Origin: Spirochaetia bacterium
Lineage (GTDB): Bacteria; Spirochaetota; Spirochaetia; DSM-16054; Sediminispirochaetaceae
DNA: 64,000 nucleotides
NCBI GenBank assembly: GCA_034520965.1
Contig: JAXHMY010000002.1
Coordinates: 192,001-256,000, forward strand
Direction: 5' to 3'
The position numbers and the translations under genes were made by a program. This document shows positions 1 to 9,951 of this stretch, piece after piece. Numbering within the stretch: the first letter of the stretch is position 1; the number at the start of each line of letters is the position of its first letter. Under the pieces are notes generated by a model, which was not told the DNA's origin, did not search any database, and was given only the letters and a program-made list of their open reading frames with translations.

Positions 1-1600
1 CCGTCCTTCACAATTGCCTCTACATTTTCTTCATATTCCCCGGTAGCTGATTTTTCAAATACCAGGTGCTGAACCCGTTCCGATTCAATCCTTGGGATAA
101 CATGATCAATATCCAGTTCTTCACTTCTATAAGCCTCTTCCAAGGCTATATACAATTCCCGAGCATCTTCATCTTGAAGATCATCTATACCTATTACTCG
201 ACGTACATCCCTAAAATAACTGCAATTGACTACAACGGCAAGCATGAGAAAAAGGTCAGTGCCAATCCGTTTTTTCTCTTCTTTCACGGCTTGCTGACCT
301 TCTGAACGAGGCTGTTTTCCCTGCTTTATTGCATTGATATCGTGTAGCACCGCCTTCGGCTCAACTTGTAGAAAATCGGCGAGATACTTAATGATACCTT
401 CTCGCTTTGACCTCCGAATCGATACTCTGTATGTACGGAGCTAAGTCATTTACCACTTGAGACTTATGTTCAGCTCCGGAAGTCCCATGCTGCTCCCCTG
501 CTTTCTGCACTAGGAACTGGAACCCGTTTAGTGGCGATTTTAACATATTATGCAAGGAATTAGAACCCTCATTTAATAATATATCGGCAGGATCTTTCCC
601 GCCATGAGGAACAGCTACATCACACTCCATTCCTACCTTCTCCATAATCTCTATTCCCCGTCGAGCAGCTTGCAGTCCGGCCCGATCATCGTCAAACACC
701 AAAGTTACACGATCTGCGTACCTGCGCATAACCCTTCCCTGCTCCTCCGTAAGTGCAGTCCCCAAGGGGGCTACAGAAATCGGCAAGCCCGCCTCAAAAA
801 AGGCCAGCACGTCAAAGTATCCTTCCACCACTACTACCCTGCGGTACTTTTGAATACCCTTTACCGCTCTGTTCAGACCGAATAAGATTCGCCGCTTCTG
901 GTAGAGCTCGGTTTCCGGAGAATTGATGTACTTCGGTTCTCGACCGTCTATACTACGTCCTCCAAAAGCAACTACATCTCCGCCGGCCGACCGAATAGGA
1001 AAAATCAAACGATTCGAAAAAATCGACACTTGGGGATAATTTTTTGAAAACAAGCCGGAACTCGCCAAAAAATCGTCGGAATAGTTTTTTTGACGCAAAA
1101 AACCATAGAGCCAACGCCTATCTTCAGGTGCAAAGCCCAACTGAAATCTCTCAATAGCCTCAGCACCAAAACCTCTTTCAGATAAATACTCCCCGGCTTT
1201 TTTTCCCATATCATGACGGGTTAAAAAATAATGAAAACTACTTGTAATGCGGCTGTACAGATCTTTTAATGCCCGCTTACCCCGTTCCACTTCGGGATCT
1301 CTGTCACCTGTAGGTACTTCAATCCCCGCCCGTTCGGCAAGTTTTTCCGCCGCCTCGACAAAGGGAATATGTTCAACCTCCATTAAAAAGGTAAACATAG
1401 TACCACCCTTGTGGCAACCAAAACAGTAAAAGAGATTCTTGTCCGGGTCGACCGACATGGAGGGTGACTTCTTCGGAGTGAAAAGGACATAAGCCCCAAT
1501 ACCGACTTCCGCGCTTCTCCAAAGTTACAAAATCCTGCACGAGATCTACAATGTTTATCCGCTGATTTATTTCATCGATAGTTCCTTCAGGGATTTTCAT
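1..1600 (-). CDS. dnaG: DNA primase, 3'-truncated by the window edge; two apparent 1-nt insertions (~1470 and ~407) split it into three frames
   Basis: Zn-finger CPFHSE..[shift]..SMSVDPDKNLFYCFGCHKGG; RLIFPI, AFGGR, PKYINSPET, TOPRIM VVEGYFD and FDDDRAG. After the 388 stop an alternative frame stays open to base 1 (EVKREGIIKYLADFLQV...). Confidence 0.93.
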
Positions 1601-1615
1601 TGTATTCTGCTACAC

Positions 1616-2650
1616 CTACTGCTTGATATAAAGACGGTATGCTCGATTATGATCATTCAAAGTTTTTGTAAACACATGCTGCCCGGCATCCGGATCTTTT
1701 AGTAGAAAATACAAACTCTCCGTATCGGCCGGATAGAAAACCGCCCTTAAGGCTACTATTCCGGGATTGGCAATTGGGGCTGGAGGCAATCCCCATTCTG
1801 TGTATGTGTTGTACTTAGACTCTATTTCCAAGTCGTTAAAGGTAATCTTTTCCGGATGCGCCTCACCTTGAATCTCTGTCATTACATATACCACGGTTGC
1901 ACATGATTGCAGCCGCATCCCCCTTTCCAGGCGGTTGTAAAAAACCGAGGCTATTTTGGCTGCTTCCTCGGGATCTCGATATTCTCTCTCCACAATCGAA
2001 GCGAGTATAATTTTACTGTGCAGTTCTTTCCACTCTAGTTGGGTATACTCTGGATAGATCTCCTGCAGCTTCTCAAACATGGTCTCCACAAGATGCGTTA
2101 CTACTTTCTCAGCGGGATAATCCTCTTGAAATAAGTAAGTATCAGGATAAAGATAGCCCTCAAGTGAGTCTGCTTCGATCTTAAACCGATTCAAAATACT
2201 CTGCGAGTCGATTGCATCCAAGAAGTCGTCCTGTACAGTTACTCCGGCTTCCTCGAAGCGGGCACCTATTTGCCTTGCAGTGAGTCCTTCAGCGAGAGTA
2301 ACTTTGACGAGCTGTTGAGTTCCGGCAACCAGCATATTGTGAATCTCCACAGTAGTCATCGTATTTGAAATGCTATAATAGCCGGATTTGATAGACGCTT
2401 GGGTCTGCCTAAGTTTGCTAAGTGCAATGAACAAGTACTTAGACCGAACATGCCCCTTTTCGGCAAGACGCTCAGCGGTTACTGAAACAGCCTCGCCGGG
2501 GCTCACATTAAAAGAGTTCTCCCGGCTTTCGGAATTCGTGGTGCTGCCCTCGACTGGGGAGTTTAGATAATAGCCAATCCCCACCAGCGCGGCCGATGCT
2601 GCCCCTGCAATTAACAAGAGCACTAGAATTACAATAAAAACCTTCCGCAT
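1616..2650 (-). CDS. mltG: Endolytic transglycosylase MltG (YceG family)
   Basis: N-terminal TM; EGYLYPDTY, LASIVERE, ASVFYNRL, YNTY..GLPPAPIANPG motifs. Confidence 0.95.
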   Translation of the reverse strand: MRKVFIVILVLLLIAGAASAALVGIGYYLNSPVEGSTTNSESRENSFNVSPGEAVSVTAERLAEKGHVRSKYLFIALSKLRQTQASIKSGYYSISNTMTTVEIHNMLVAGTQQLVKVTLAEGLTARQIGARFEEAGVTVQDDFLDAIDSQSILNRFKIEADSLEGYLYPDTYLFQEDYPAEKVVTHLVETMFEKLQEIYPEYTQLEWKELHSKIILASIVEREYRDPEEAAKIASVFYNRLERGMRLQSCATVVYVMTEIQGEAHPEKITFNDLEIESKYNTYTEWGLPPAPIANPGIVALRAVFYPADTESLYFLLKDPDAGQHVFTKTLNDHNRAYRLYIKQ

Positions 2651-2651
2651 A

Positions 2652-5600
2652 TCAGTCTTTTTCTAAGATAAATTCTACGCGACGATTTTTCCAGCGGTTA
2701 TCTTCATCCTGAAAGTCGACTATTGGCTTACTTCCGCCGACCCCTTCGGCGGACAGACGGCTCCGAGAAATTCCCCTCTCCGCAAGTGCCTCCAATACTC
2801 GCTTTGCCCTTTCTTCCGACAGAGGAATAAGCTCGTTAATCTGCTCCTGTCTTGCCAACTCAGGATCCCAGAATTTAGTAATATTGGCGTGCCCTTCTAT
2901 CGTGATTTCATATTGGCGGTATTTCTTTAAAATTTCAGCCAACCTATCGAGCACATATTGATTCCGCGAGGCTATCTCCGGCTTGTCATCTACAAATTCC
3001 GCAGAATTAGGTTTAAAGTTGATGCTGGCGATTTTGATCTTCAGCACGTCGCCTTCACGCACTACCAGTACATCTACCGGTATCTTTCCATTTTCGACTG
3101 TCCGGTTTCCAAGTGAATCGGTAACTTCAAAGCGGTATGGATAGTCCATGGCCGCATACACCAGTTCACCATCGTCAGAGCGTCCATCCCAGATAATCTC
3201 TTCAGCCGGCTCACCCCTGCCGGAGTATTGCTTAAAGACCGGGCCGTCTTGGGAAGTTACTCCTGCCCGTTCGGCATCGTAGATAGTAAATTTCCAGTCC
3301 TGGACGGCATTTTGGTCAGAGACCTTCAGCATGATGCTCAATTCATCTTCGATGCCGTCATTGTCCGGTGAGAAGGGAGTCGGTTCCAGGTTCACATCTG
3401 CCTGCGGCGCAGTTACATCAAGCACAAACGGCAGTGACTCTACTGAAGGTCGGTTGCCTTTGGTATAACGGGCACTAAAGCGTGCCTTATAACGGCCTTC
3501 TACATAATCACCTTCTTCATTTTTTCCATCCCACACTATCTGCTTCGGAATGCGCTCTTCACCGGCAAACTCTTTCTGTACAATTCCGCGGTTGTCTACT
3601 AGCTCCAAAGACCATTCTTCCAGTCCTTCACGTCGATTGACAATAGTGGAAAAGCTGATTTCCTCGTAAAGGCCGTTTCCGGTTGGGGCCAGTTTGTCCG
3701 AACCGGCGGTTACAAACAGCTGGGTCGGCGCCGTATCGATTTCGATATTCTCTACGCGCTCTTCTGCAGTATTGCCGGCTCGGTCGGTAGAAAAGATTCT
3801 GTAGGAGTAAAATCCGTCGTCGACACTATTGCCGGCTTTATCGGTTCCGTCCCAGACGTAATCCTCAACCTTACCCTTCCAGCTTGCACTGCTTACTACA
3901 TCCCCTTCGCTCGAGAGAACCTCCGCATCCCACAACTGTTCACTGGAAGAGTTTTGGGCAAAGATTATCGTGTCCCGGTTCCCATCGCCCTCGGGTGAGA
4001 AAATGAAATATTCCGGCTCGACAGTAATTGAGGGGAAGACTGTATCGACTGTAAAAAACTGGGTTTCCGCGGTCGGATTGTTTCCATTGGCATACAGAAC
4101 ATCAATTCGTGCCCGATAGCGACCATCCTTTACGCGATCGCCCTCGGAGGAAAAACCGTCCCAAAGCAGACTGTCGGGCAAGGTACCGGTTCCACTTCGG
4201 GAAAAAACAACCTCAGTATTCTCAGTCATTACCTCAAGTATATACTTTTCTACACCTTCTTCTATTTTGAGTTTTGGAAAAAACTTAATTGTGTCTTTAC
4301 TACCGTCTCCATTGGGTGAGAAATAATCATAATTTGCGGTAAACAGTACCGGAGTTTCCTCGGTATTCAGTTCGAACCGTATTTTCCTGGATTCACCGCG
4401 ATTACCGGCACGGTCGACGGTTGTAAGCTGATAGAAGTAATAACCATCTTCCGCCAAACTACCGTCCTCTTTACGCCCGTCCCAGCTAATAGTTTGTTCA
4501 GGCTGCTCTATCCATTTGTACTGATACACTGGGTTTCCATCTATATCTGTAATTGTTCCGTACCAATTTTCCTCTTTAGAGGCTTCTTGGTGAATTTTTA
4601 TAGTATCCTTATTTCCATCCCCGTTGGGAGAGAATACTCTGTTATCAATTTCGATTCTGGCTTCGGGTGCCGTTATATCCACAATAAAAGGAGCAGAGCG
4701 TGTTGTCGGTCGGTTGCCGTTTATATACAAAACCTGCAGGTCCGCAAAATACTCTCTGTTTTCCGGTAGAATATCTCCATTATCGTCTTTCCCGTCAAAG
4801 GGAATTACACCGCTCAGACCGCTAGTACCGGAAAAACTGCGATACTCTCGTCCGCTTTCATCAACTATTTTTATAGTCCAACTCTCTATCCCCCGCTGTA
4901 CCGGGATATTCGGCTGCAGGAGCACAACATCAAGAATCCCGTCCCCGTTGGGGGAAAAATGGGAGTGATCGATGGAAAGTGAAATCGGGGTCTCTTCGGT
5001 ATTCTTTACAAGATTTCCGTATTCGGCTTCACCATTGTTTCCGGCCTTATCGGTAGATGTAATGGAATATTCATACACTCCGTCCGGAACCAAAATATCT
5101 TCGTTATTTGTACCGTCCCATTCAAAGGACTCGGGAGGACTATCTTTCCAGGTTTTAGTCTTTACCACATTCCCGCTGCTGTCTTTGATCCGGCCTCTCC
5201 AAAGATCCTCCCTGCTGCCATTTTGAGTAATCGGCAGCACATCTTTCTGTCCGTCATCATTAGGTGAAAAGATTCTGTCTGCTTGGTCTTCCTTTTCAAT
5301 ACGAACTATCGGCGGCTGTGTATCGACGTACACAGAGTATCTGTCTGAAGTGCCGTAATTACCGTTGTCATCCCAAGCCCTGATATAAAAATAGTAGAGT
5401 CCATCCGGAGCTGTTTCACCGGAATCAGTAGTTCCGTCCCAACGCAGGGTCTTCGGAATCTGAATTGCACTTTTTGATTTAAACAGGTTTTGAAAAAAGG
5501 TTTTTACCGTCCGCTTTTCCGGACGGGTTTCTTTATTTTCTAACGTCCTTACAGCCTCACCTTGACTGTTCTCCACAACAAACTCATAACCCTTTATATA

Positions 5601-7034
5601 CCGGCTTTCATCGATTGAAAGGGGAAAGGAGAGGCTATCCTGTATGCCGTCGTTGTTGGGTGAAAGATAGATTTTTGCATCGGGTATTACATTCTTAATT
5701 AGTTCTTCCGTGAGCTCTGCCTCTGAAGCAGAATCGCCCCCATTTCCATTGTCTTTTTCCGGTACATCTTTCTCATTTTCAGGGTTATCCGCAATATACA
5801 CGACACTCTTGCCGCTGGCGGAATGCTTACTTCCTTTGCCTGCAAGTGCTCTTATAACAGTTTTTTCAGAAAGTGATGAGACCTTTTCCGAGCTTATTTC
5901 AGAGTTCTCTCCTGCGGTGCTCTCGGACGATTCATCTTCTACATCATTTACTTCGCCTTCATCAGCGTCTTGTCCCGCTTGGGGAGTTTCTTCGGGCTCT
6001 TCGGAGTACTGGGTTGTAACTCCGCTGAGGTCTATTTGTATCTCCGGAGGTTCCGTATCGATCAATCCAATCGGAACTGTCAGTCCTACACCGAATGCCC
6101 ACAGTTCAGAACTGATGGGAGCCGCGCTTGCATAAGGCTGCAGTTCATTTTGTGTAAACCGTTCCGCTGCTGATAGATCCTCTGTGGTTTTTTCTGCATT
6201 GCTGCTTCCGGGAGAAAAGGTGTATCCAAGAGTAACAGAGGGTATAAGTTCTCCTATCTCACCATCAAGCAATGCGTCTGCATTCACTCTGGTACCTAGG
6301 GACGCCTCGAAACCATATCCAATTTGAAATTTCATTCCCGTAGACCAGATAACATTAGAGAACTCAGGCACTTTTATCTCGCTCATCAAACGCCCTTCAA
6401 CCTTGTCAGTATTTAGAAAGCGTCCATTAACTCCGCTTGTAACTGAGTAGAGCGGTTCCCTTAGCCCTTCAATTCCTGAATAGCCGAAATTATTAAGAAC
6501 AACCGACCATCTCACATCTTCCAAAAACCATAGTGCGGGGCGTACACGTATTAGCCCCAGATCGGCATCGATTCCAAACTCCGGTCCCTCTGCCATTGAG
6601 GTTCCTATACCTATTCCCACTAAAGTATCCGGATAAATGTCCTTGGCAAAGGATCCGTGCAGGGAAAGCCTGGTTCCGGTATCGAGACTGTCAAAAGTTG
6701 AGCGAAGCACACTGGAATTCCAGGTAAACACTCCCACTTTACTTGGAATAGTATGTCCAAAATTAAGCACATGGCCGTTCCACCCCGATGAGGTGTCATC
6801 CTCTCCTACAATCGCTACGTAATTTCCATCAAAGGTCATGCGTTGGGCAAGTGCCGCAGAAGCCGGGTTCTGAATGCTGCTTTGGGGAGGATATAACAAT
6901 GTGCTTGCAGCAGCAGTGCCGAACAGACGCGGAGAATAAAACTCTTGGAGCTTTGGTGCGATATCAGCAGTGTATGCTGCAAATGAAACCGAATAAAAAA
7001 GAATAAGTATAAATGCATATATTTTTCTTGTCAT
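2652..7034 (-). CDS. 1460-aa secreted envelope protein: putative N-terminal beta-barrel-like region, acidic linker, ~8 FlgD/CHU_C-like Ig repeats, C-terminal OmpA-like peptidoglycan-binding domain
   Basis: Signal peptide; repeats (F/L)SPNxDGxxD...WDG...DGxY; C-terminal INFKPNSA, IEGHA, LSEERA, NRRVEF. Confidence 0.85.
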   Translation of the reverse strand: MTRKIYAFILILFYSVSFAAYTADIAPKLQEFYSPRLFGTAAASTLLYPPQSSIQNPASAALAQRMTFDGNYVAIVGEDDTSSGWNGHVLNFGHTIPSKVGVFTWNSSVLRSTFDSLDTGTRLSLHGSFAKDIYPDTLVGIGIGTSMAEGPEFGIDADLGLIRVRPALWFLEDVRWSVVLNNFGYSGIEGLREPLYSVTSGVNGRFLNTDKVEGRLMSEIKVPEFSNVIWSTGMKFQIGYGFEASLGTRVNADALLDGEIGELIPSVTLGYTFSPGSSNAEKTTEDLSAAERFTQNELQPYASAAPISSELWAFGVGLTVPIGLIDTEPPEIQIDLSGVTTQYSEEPEETPQAGQDADEGEVNDVEDESSESTAGENSEISSEKVSSLSEKTVIRALAGKGSKHSASGKSVVYIADNPENEKDVPEKDNGNGGDSASEAELTEELIKNVIPDAKIYLSPNNDGIQDSLSFPLSIDESRYIKGYEFVVENSQGEAVRTLENKETRPEKRTVKTFFQNLFKSKSAIQIPKTLRWDGTTDSGETAPDGLYYFYIRAWDDNGNYGTSDRYSVYVDTQPPIVRIEKEDQADRIFSPNDDGQKDVLPITQNGSREDLWRGRIKDSSGNVVKTKTWKDSPPESFEWDGTNNEDILVPDGVYEYSITSTDKAGNNGEAEYGNLVKNTEETPISLSIDHSHFSPNGDGILDVVLLQPNIPVQRGIESWTIKIVDESGREYRSFSGTSGLSGVIPFDGKDDNGDILPENREYFADLQVLYINGNRPTTRSAPFIVDITAPEARIEIDNRVFSPNGDGNKDTIKIHQEASKEENWYGTITDIDGNPVYQYKWIEQPEQTISWDGRKEDGSLAEDGYYFYQLTTVDRAGNRGESRKIRFELNTEETPVLFTANYDYFSPNGDGSKDTIKFFPKLKIEEGVEKYILEVMTENTEVVFSRSGTGTLPDSLLWDGFSSEGDRVKDGRYRARIDVLYANGNNPTAETQFFTVDTVFPSITVEPEYFIFSPEGDGNRDTIIFAQNSSSEQLWDAEVLSSEGDVVSSASWKGKVEDYVWDGTDKAGNSVDDGFYSYRIFSTDRAGNTAEERVENIEIDTAPTQLFVTAGSDKLAPTGNGLYEEISFSTIVNRREGLEEWSLELVDNRGIVQKEFAGEERIPKQIVWDGKNEEGDYVEGRYKARFSARYTKGNRPSVESLPFVLDVTAPQADVNLEPTPFSPDNDGIEDELSIMLKVSDQNAVQDWKFTIYDAERAGVTSQDGPVFKQYSGRGEPAEEIIWDGRSDDGELVYAAMDYPYRFEVTDSLGNRTVENGKIPVDVLVVREGDVLKIKIASINFKPNSAEFVDDKPEIASRNQYVLDRLAEILKKYRQYEITIEGHANITKFWDPELARQEQINELIPLSEERAKRVLEALAERGISRSRLSAEGVGGSKPIVDFQDEDNRWKNRRVEFILEKD

Positions 7035-7037
7035 AGT

Positions 7038-7241
7038 TTAAATGTAGCCTCTCTCTTGTAAAACATCAATGTTATTTTTATAAAGTTCCTCTAACGACTC
7101 AATCTCTTCTATGGAAAGGTAGGAGAAAAGAGTGCGCTGGAGTTCGTTGTAGAGTTGTAGTAAGGGTTCGTCGAGTTCATCTTCCCTACGGCTTAAAAAT
7201 AAATATAATCCTATTAGTTGTCTACCTTTAATTTCAATCAT
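7038..7241 (-). CDS. Small hypothetical protein
   Basis: 67-aa ORF packed between neighbours (ATGA overlap with upstream gene, 3-nt gap downstream). Confidence 0.7.
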   Translation of the reverse strand: MIEIKGRQLIGLYLFLSRREDELDEPLLQLYNELQRTLFSYLSIEEIESLEELYKNNIDVLQERGYI

Positions 7242-8182
7242 AGACTTAGTTCTAAGCCCTCTTGGGCGAGAAGGATCTTCACATTGTTTTTGCCGACATG
7301 ACTTTTATACCAACCGGCGGATTTAGCTATAGAAAACATCTTATTATCATTGTATAAGGGGTCATGATGAAAGAGAACTAGGGTGTTTATATTCCACTCG
7401 GTAGCAAAATCTACCGCCAAACTGTAAGAGGAGTGTCCCCAATCGTACTTTTCGATCGCCTCATCCAAGGTATACTGGCTGTCAATGGTAAGAATATCCA
7501 CACCGCCAAAAAAGCTGCGGTTTTCTTCAGTTCTTGCAAAGTCACCGTCTCTGAGCTCGGTATCGGTAGCAAAAATAAAAGCCCCTTCGGTATCTTCCAC
7601 CCGATAGGAAAATGATTTTCCGGGGTGCTGCATCTGTCGCCATCTGACTGTTGCCGAACCTATGGCTACAGTAGGTTCCGTCAAATGATGGAACTGTATA
7701 TCCGCCTGCATTGTATCAAGGCTAATCGGAAAGTACGGCAGTTTCATCTGATCCCGCAGTATCTGTTCTACATTTTCAATTGGGCTGTAGATATGGATGG
7801 TACACCGCTTGTCAAAAGCCGGCGGGGTAAAAAATGGAAAGCCCTGTATATGATCCCAGTGAAAATGGGTAAAAAAAAGATGAAACACCCTTGGGGTGGG
7901 TTGTTCTTTGGCTACCGAGTTTCCAAACCGAAATATACCGGTTCCCGCATCAAAAATTATTATACCACCGTCCTTTAAGCGGACCTCTACCGAAGTGGTG
8001 TTCCCACCGGTAGTTCCAAACAGATTCGGGGGCAGATGTGCCAGAAACCGTTCTTTTGCCTCCGGCGAGACAAGATCCTGTGGAGTAACTCTTTCAATAA
8101 CAGAGGATATCTTTCTTCTAATTTCATTGGGGGTAAGCGGCGTCGGTATCGAACCGCGCACCCCCCAGAACCGTATTTTCAT
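7238..8182 (-). CDS. MBL-fold metallo-hydrolase (phosphodiesterase-like)
   Basis: FWGVRGSIP, DAGTG, THFHWDHIQG, TDTE, WGHS, LFHHDP motifs. Confidence 0.9.
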   Translation of the reverse strand: MKIRFWGVRGSIPTPLTPNEIRRKISSVIERVTPQDLVSPEAKERFLAHLPPNLFGTTGGNTTSVEVRLKDGGIIIFDAGTGIFRFGNSVAKEQPTPRVFHLFFTHFHWDHIQGFPFFTPPAFDKRCTIHIYSPIENVEQILRDQMKLPYFPISLDTMQADIQFHHLTEPTVAIGSATVRWRQMQHPGKSFSYRVEDTEGAFIFATDTELRDGDFARTEENRSFFGGVDILTIDSQYTLDEAIEKYDWGHSSYSLAVDFATEWNINTLVLFHHDPLYNDNKMFSIAKSAGWYKSHVGKNNVKILLAQEGLELSL

Positions 8183-8655
8183 ACATGCTCTCCCTGCAGC
8201 TGCCGCAGCTCTTCCGGATTCAACAGCACAATTGGTTCTTCTTCACGTTTCCTGAGCCACTCTTGAATCTCTTCAAAAGAGTGAAGCCTCCCCCGATTGA
8301 CTCCTTTACAAGACGTATACAGGGAGTTCCAGCTTTCCAGGCTGTGCAAAATATCAGGCCAAAAAGGATAACTTCGGCACTGCAGCGGTCGATGTTCATA
8401 TACACTGCAGCCGCTCTCGGTCCAAAAAATGCAATCGTAGTTTTCTTTTTCTATCAAACTCAGACGGTATGCACCGTTTATGTATACCCCACGGCAAAAG
8501 CGCTGTACAAACTCTGTGCGACTGAGACCGGTGGCCTGCTGCAACTTGTCAAGATCGTTGTATGAAAGAAACACAAAGCCCGGCTCGTAACGACAGCAGT
8601 TTGAACATCGCTGACACTCGAAGTGTAGTCCATCACGATAAAAAACATCTCTCAT
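8179..8655 (-). CDS. YkgJ family Cys-cluster (zinc/iron-chelating) protein
   Basis: CQRCSNCC...CIF...CSVYEHRPLQCRSYPFW...C. Confidence 0.9.
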   Translation of the reverse strand: MRDVFYRDGLHFECQRCSNCCRYEPGFVFLSYNDLDKLQQATGLSRTEFVQRFCRGVYINGAYRLSLIEKENYDCIFWTESGCSVYEHRPLQCRSYPFWPDILHSLESWNSLYTSCKGVNRGRLHSFEEIQEWLRKREEEPIVLLNPEELRQLQGEHV

Positions 8656-8708
8656 CCCGACTCCCTGTAAAGAGATTTGGTTCTTTCAATATACCTCAAA
8701 ACAGCGGC

Positions 8709-8741
8709 AAAAAAAGGTCTTCCTGATTTCAGGAAGACCTT
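8709..8741 (-). terminator. Intrinsic terminator downstream of tRNA-Tyr
   Basis: Perfect AAGGTCTTCCTGA/TCAGGAAGACCTT stem running into a U-tract on the minus strand. Confidence 0.85.
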
Positions 8742-8754
8742 CATGCAATTTTAT

Positions 8755-8836
8755 TGGGGAGAGAAGGATTTGAACCTTCGAAGGCGAAGCCAACAGATTT
8801 ACAGTCTGCCCCCTTTGACCACTCGGGAACCTCCCC
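8755..8836 (-). tRNA. tRNA-Tyr (anticodon GTA), CCA not encoded
   Basis: GGGGAGG/TCTCCCC acceptor stem, GCAGA-CTGTAAA-TCTGT anticodon arm, long variable arm, GGTTCAAATCC T-loop. Confidence 0.95.
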
Positions 8837-8850
8837 ATTGCTCGGTGATG

Positions 8851-8879
8851 AACTTACTAAATTGTTCATTTTTTGTCAA
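8851..8879 (-). promoter_or_regulatory. Predicted sigma70 promoter of tRNA-Tyr
   Basis: TTGACA-N17-TAAGTT on the minus strand. Confidence 0.65.
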
Positions 8880-8932
8880 GCCGGTTAATATAGCTTGTTA
8901 TAATTTTACCACGGCTTCACTTTCACCGTAAC

Positions 8933-9006
8933 AGCCGCCTTTCGGATTCGAACCGAAGACCCCGAGATTACAAGTCACGTGCTCTGGCCAGCTGAGCTAA
9001 GGCGGC
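8933..9006 (-). tRNA. tRNA-Thr (anticodon TGT), CCA not encoded
   Basis: GCCGCCT/AGGCGGC acceptor stem, TAGCTCAGCTGG D-arm, CTTGTAA anticodon loop, GGTTCGAATCC T-loop. Confidence 0.95.
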
Positions 9007-9027
9007 AATTTATAATTAACAGGCACA

Positions 9028-9056
9028 TTTATAGCAGTTTTCCCTTTTTATGACAA
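9028..9056 (-). promoter_or_regulatory. Predicted sigma70 promoter of tRNA-Thr
   Basis: TTGTCA-N17-TATAAA with extended -10 TG on the minus strand. Confidence 0.65.
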
Positions 9057-9058
9057 GA

Positions 9059-9109
9059 CGGCAATTCCAAATGTAGAAGTCTTTCAGACTTCTACATTTG
9101 GAATTGCTG
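9059..9109. mobile_element. Palindromic MITE-like element, copy A (51 bp)
   Basis: 22-bp perfect arms GCAATTCCAAATGTAGAAGTCT around a TTC loop; ends CGGC...GCTG; exact 9-bp direct repeats ATGACAAGA at 9050-9058 and 9110-9118. Confidence 0.85.
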
Positions 9110-9137
9110 ATGACAAGATGATATGTATGTTTGAATT

Positions 9138-9929
9138 TTAGTAGACTTTGGTAAGTACTAAGGTTCGATCGGAGAGTACTGCAATGGTATGCTCGAACAC
9201 AGCAGTGCTGCCCTGATCTACAGTCCTGTAAGCGGTCTTTCCCTCTTCAATGTATATTTCACCTGTTCCATCGGTAAGTACCGGTTCGACAGTAAATACC
9301 ATTCCCGGAACAATTGGAGCGCCAACTCCCAACTCTCCATTTGAAAACACAGCCGGTCCCTCATGCAGTTCACGGCCGATACCATGGCCAATCAAATTCT
9401 CAATAATGTTACAGCCGAATTGCTTAGCGACAGCTTCAATTTCCGCGCCGATATCCCCTATACGAGCACCGGCCTTCGCCTTTGCTATTCCGCACAAGGT
9501 CGCCCTCCGGGCGGTACGGATAAGCTGGGCATGGGAAGGAGTGCTTACCCCAACCGGTACGGTAATCGCAGCGTCTCCATACCAGCCGTTCACCCTTAGA
9601 ACTAAATCCAAAGTAACTATATCTCCAGTCCGCAGCATGTAAGTTCCGGGTAATCCATGAGCAGCTACTTCGTTCACAGAAATTGACAAGTAAGTTGGGA
9701 ATTCTGGAAATTTTTCGATGGTCCATCGATTAGAATAATGCTCTACCCGGCTGTTACAAAGCCTTTCAATTACCTCAGTAGTAAGCCCCGGGCGCACCGC
9801 CGATTTTAGTTCTTCCAGGATAGTCGCCACTAAACGACCGGAATAGGAGAGTCTAAGAATCTCTTCCCTGGTTTTGAGCTGAACCTCTTCCTCATACGGT
9901 ATTTTTGATAAAACCGCCCTATTCCTCAT
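9138..9929 (-). CDS. map: Type I methionine aminopeptidase
   Basis: ISVNEVAAHGLP, DIVTLD..GD, GHGIG..LHE, TVEP, FEHT metal-ligand motifs. Confidence 0.95.
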   Translation of the reverse strand: MRNRAVLSKIPYEEEVQLKTREEILRLSYSGRLVATILEELKSAVRPGLTTEVIERLCNSRVEHYSNRWTIEKFPEFPTYLSISVNEVAAHGLPGTYMLRTGDIVTLDLVLRVNGWYGDAAITVPVGVSTPSHAQLIRTARRATLCGIAKAKAGARIGDIGAEIEAVAKQFGCNIIENLIGHGIGRELHEGPAVFSNGELGVGAPIVPGMVFTVEPVLTDGTGEIYIEEGKTAYRTVDQGSTAVFEHTIAVLSDRTLVLTKVY

Positions 9930-9951
9930 AGCTTTCGGATTTCCTTTTCTC

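Noticed and set aside
66..305. 79-aa plus-strand ORF
   Set aside because: Antisense to the frameshifted dnaG C-terminal frame.
8677..8931. 84-aa plus-strand ORF
   Set aside because: Overlaps tRNA-Tyr, its promoter and its terminator.
8755..9006. tRNA genes as integration sites for an island or prophage
   Set aside because: No integrase, no duplicated tRNA 3' end seen, and flanking genes are housekeeping.
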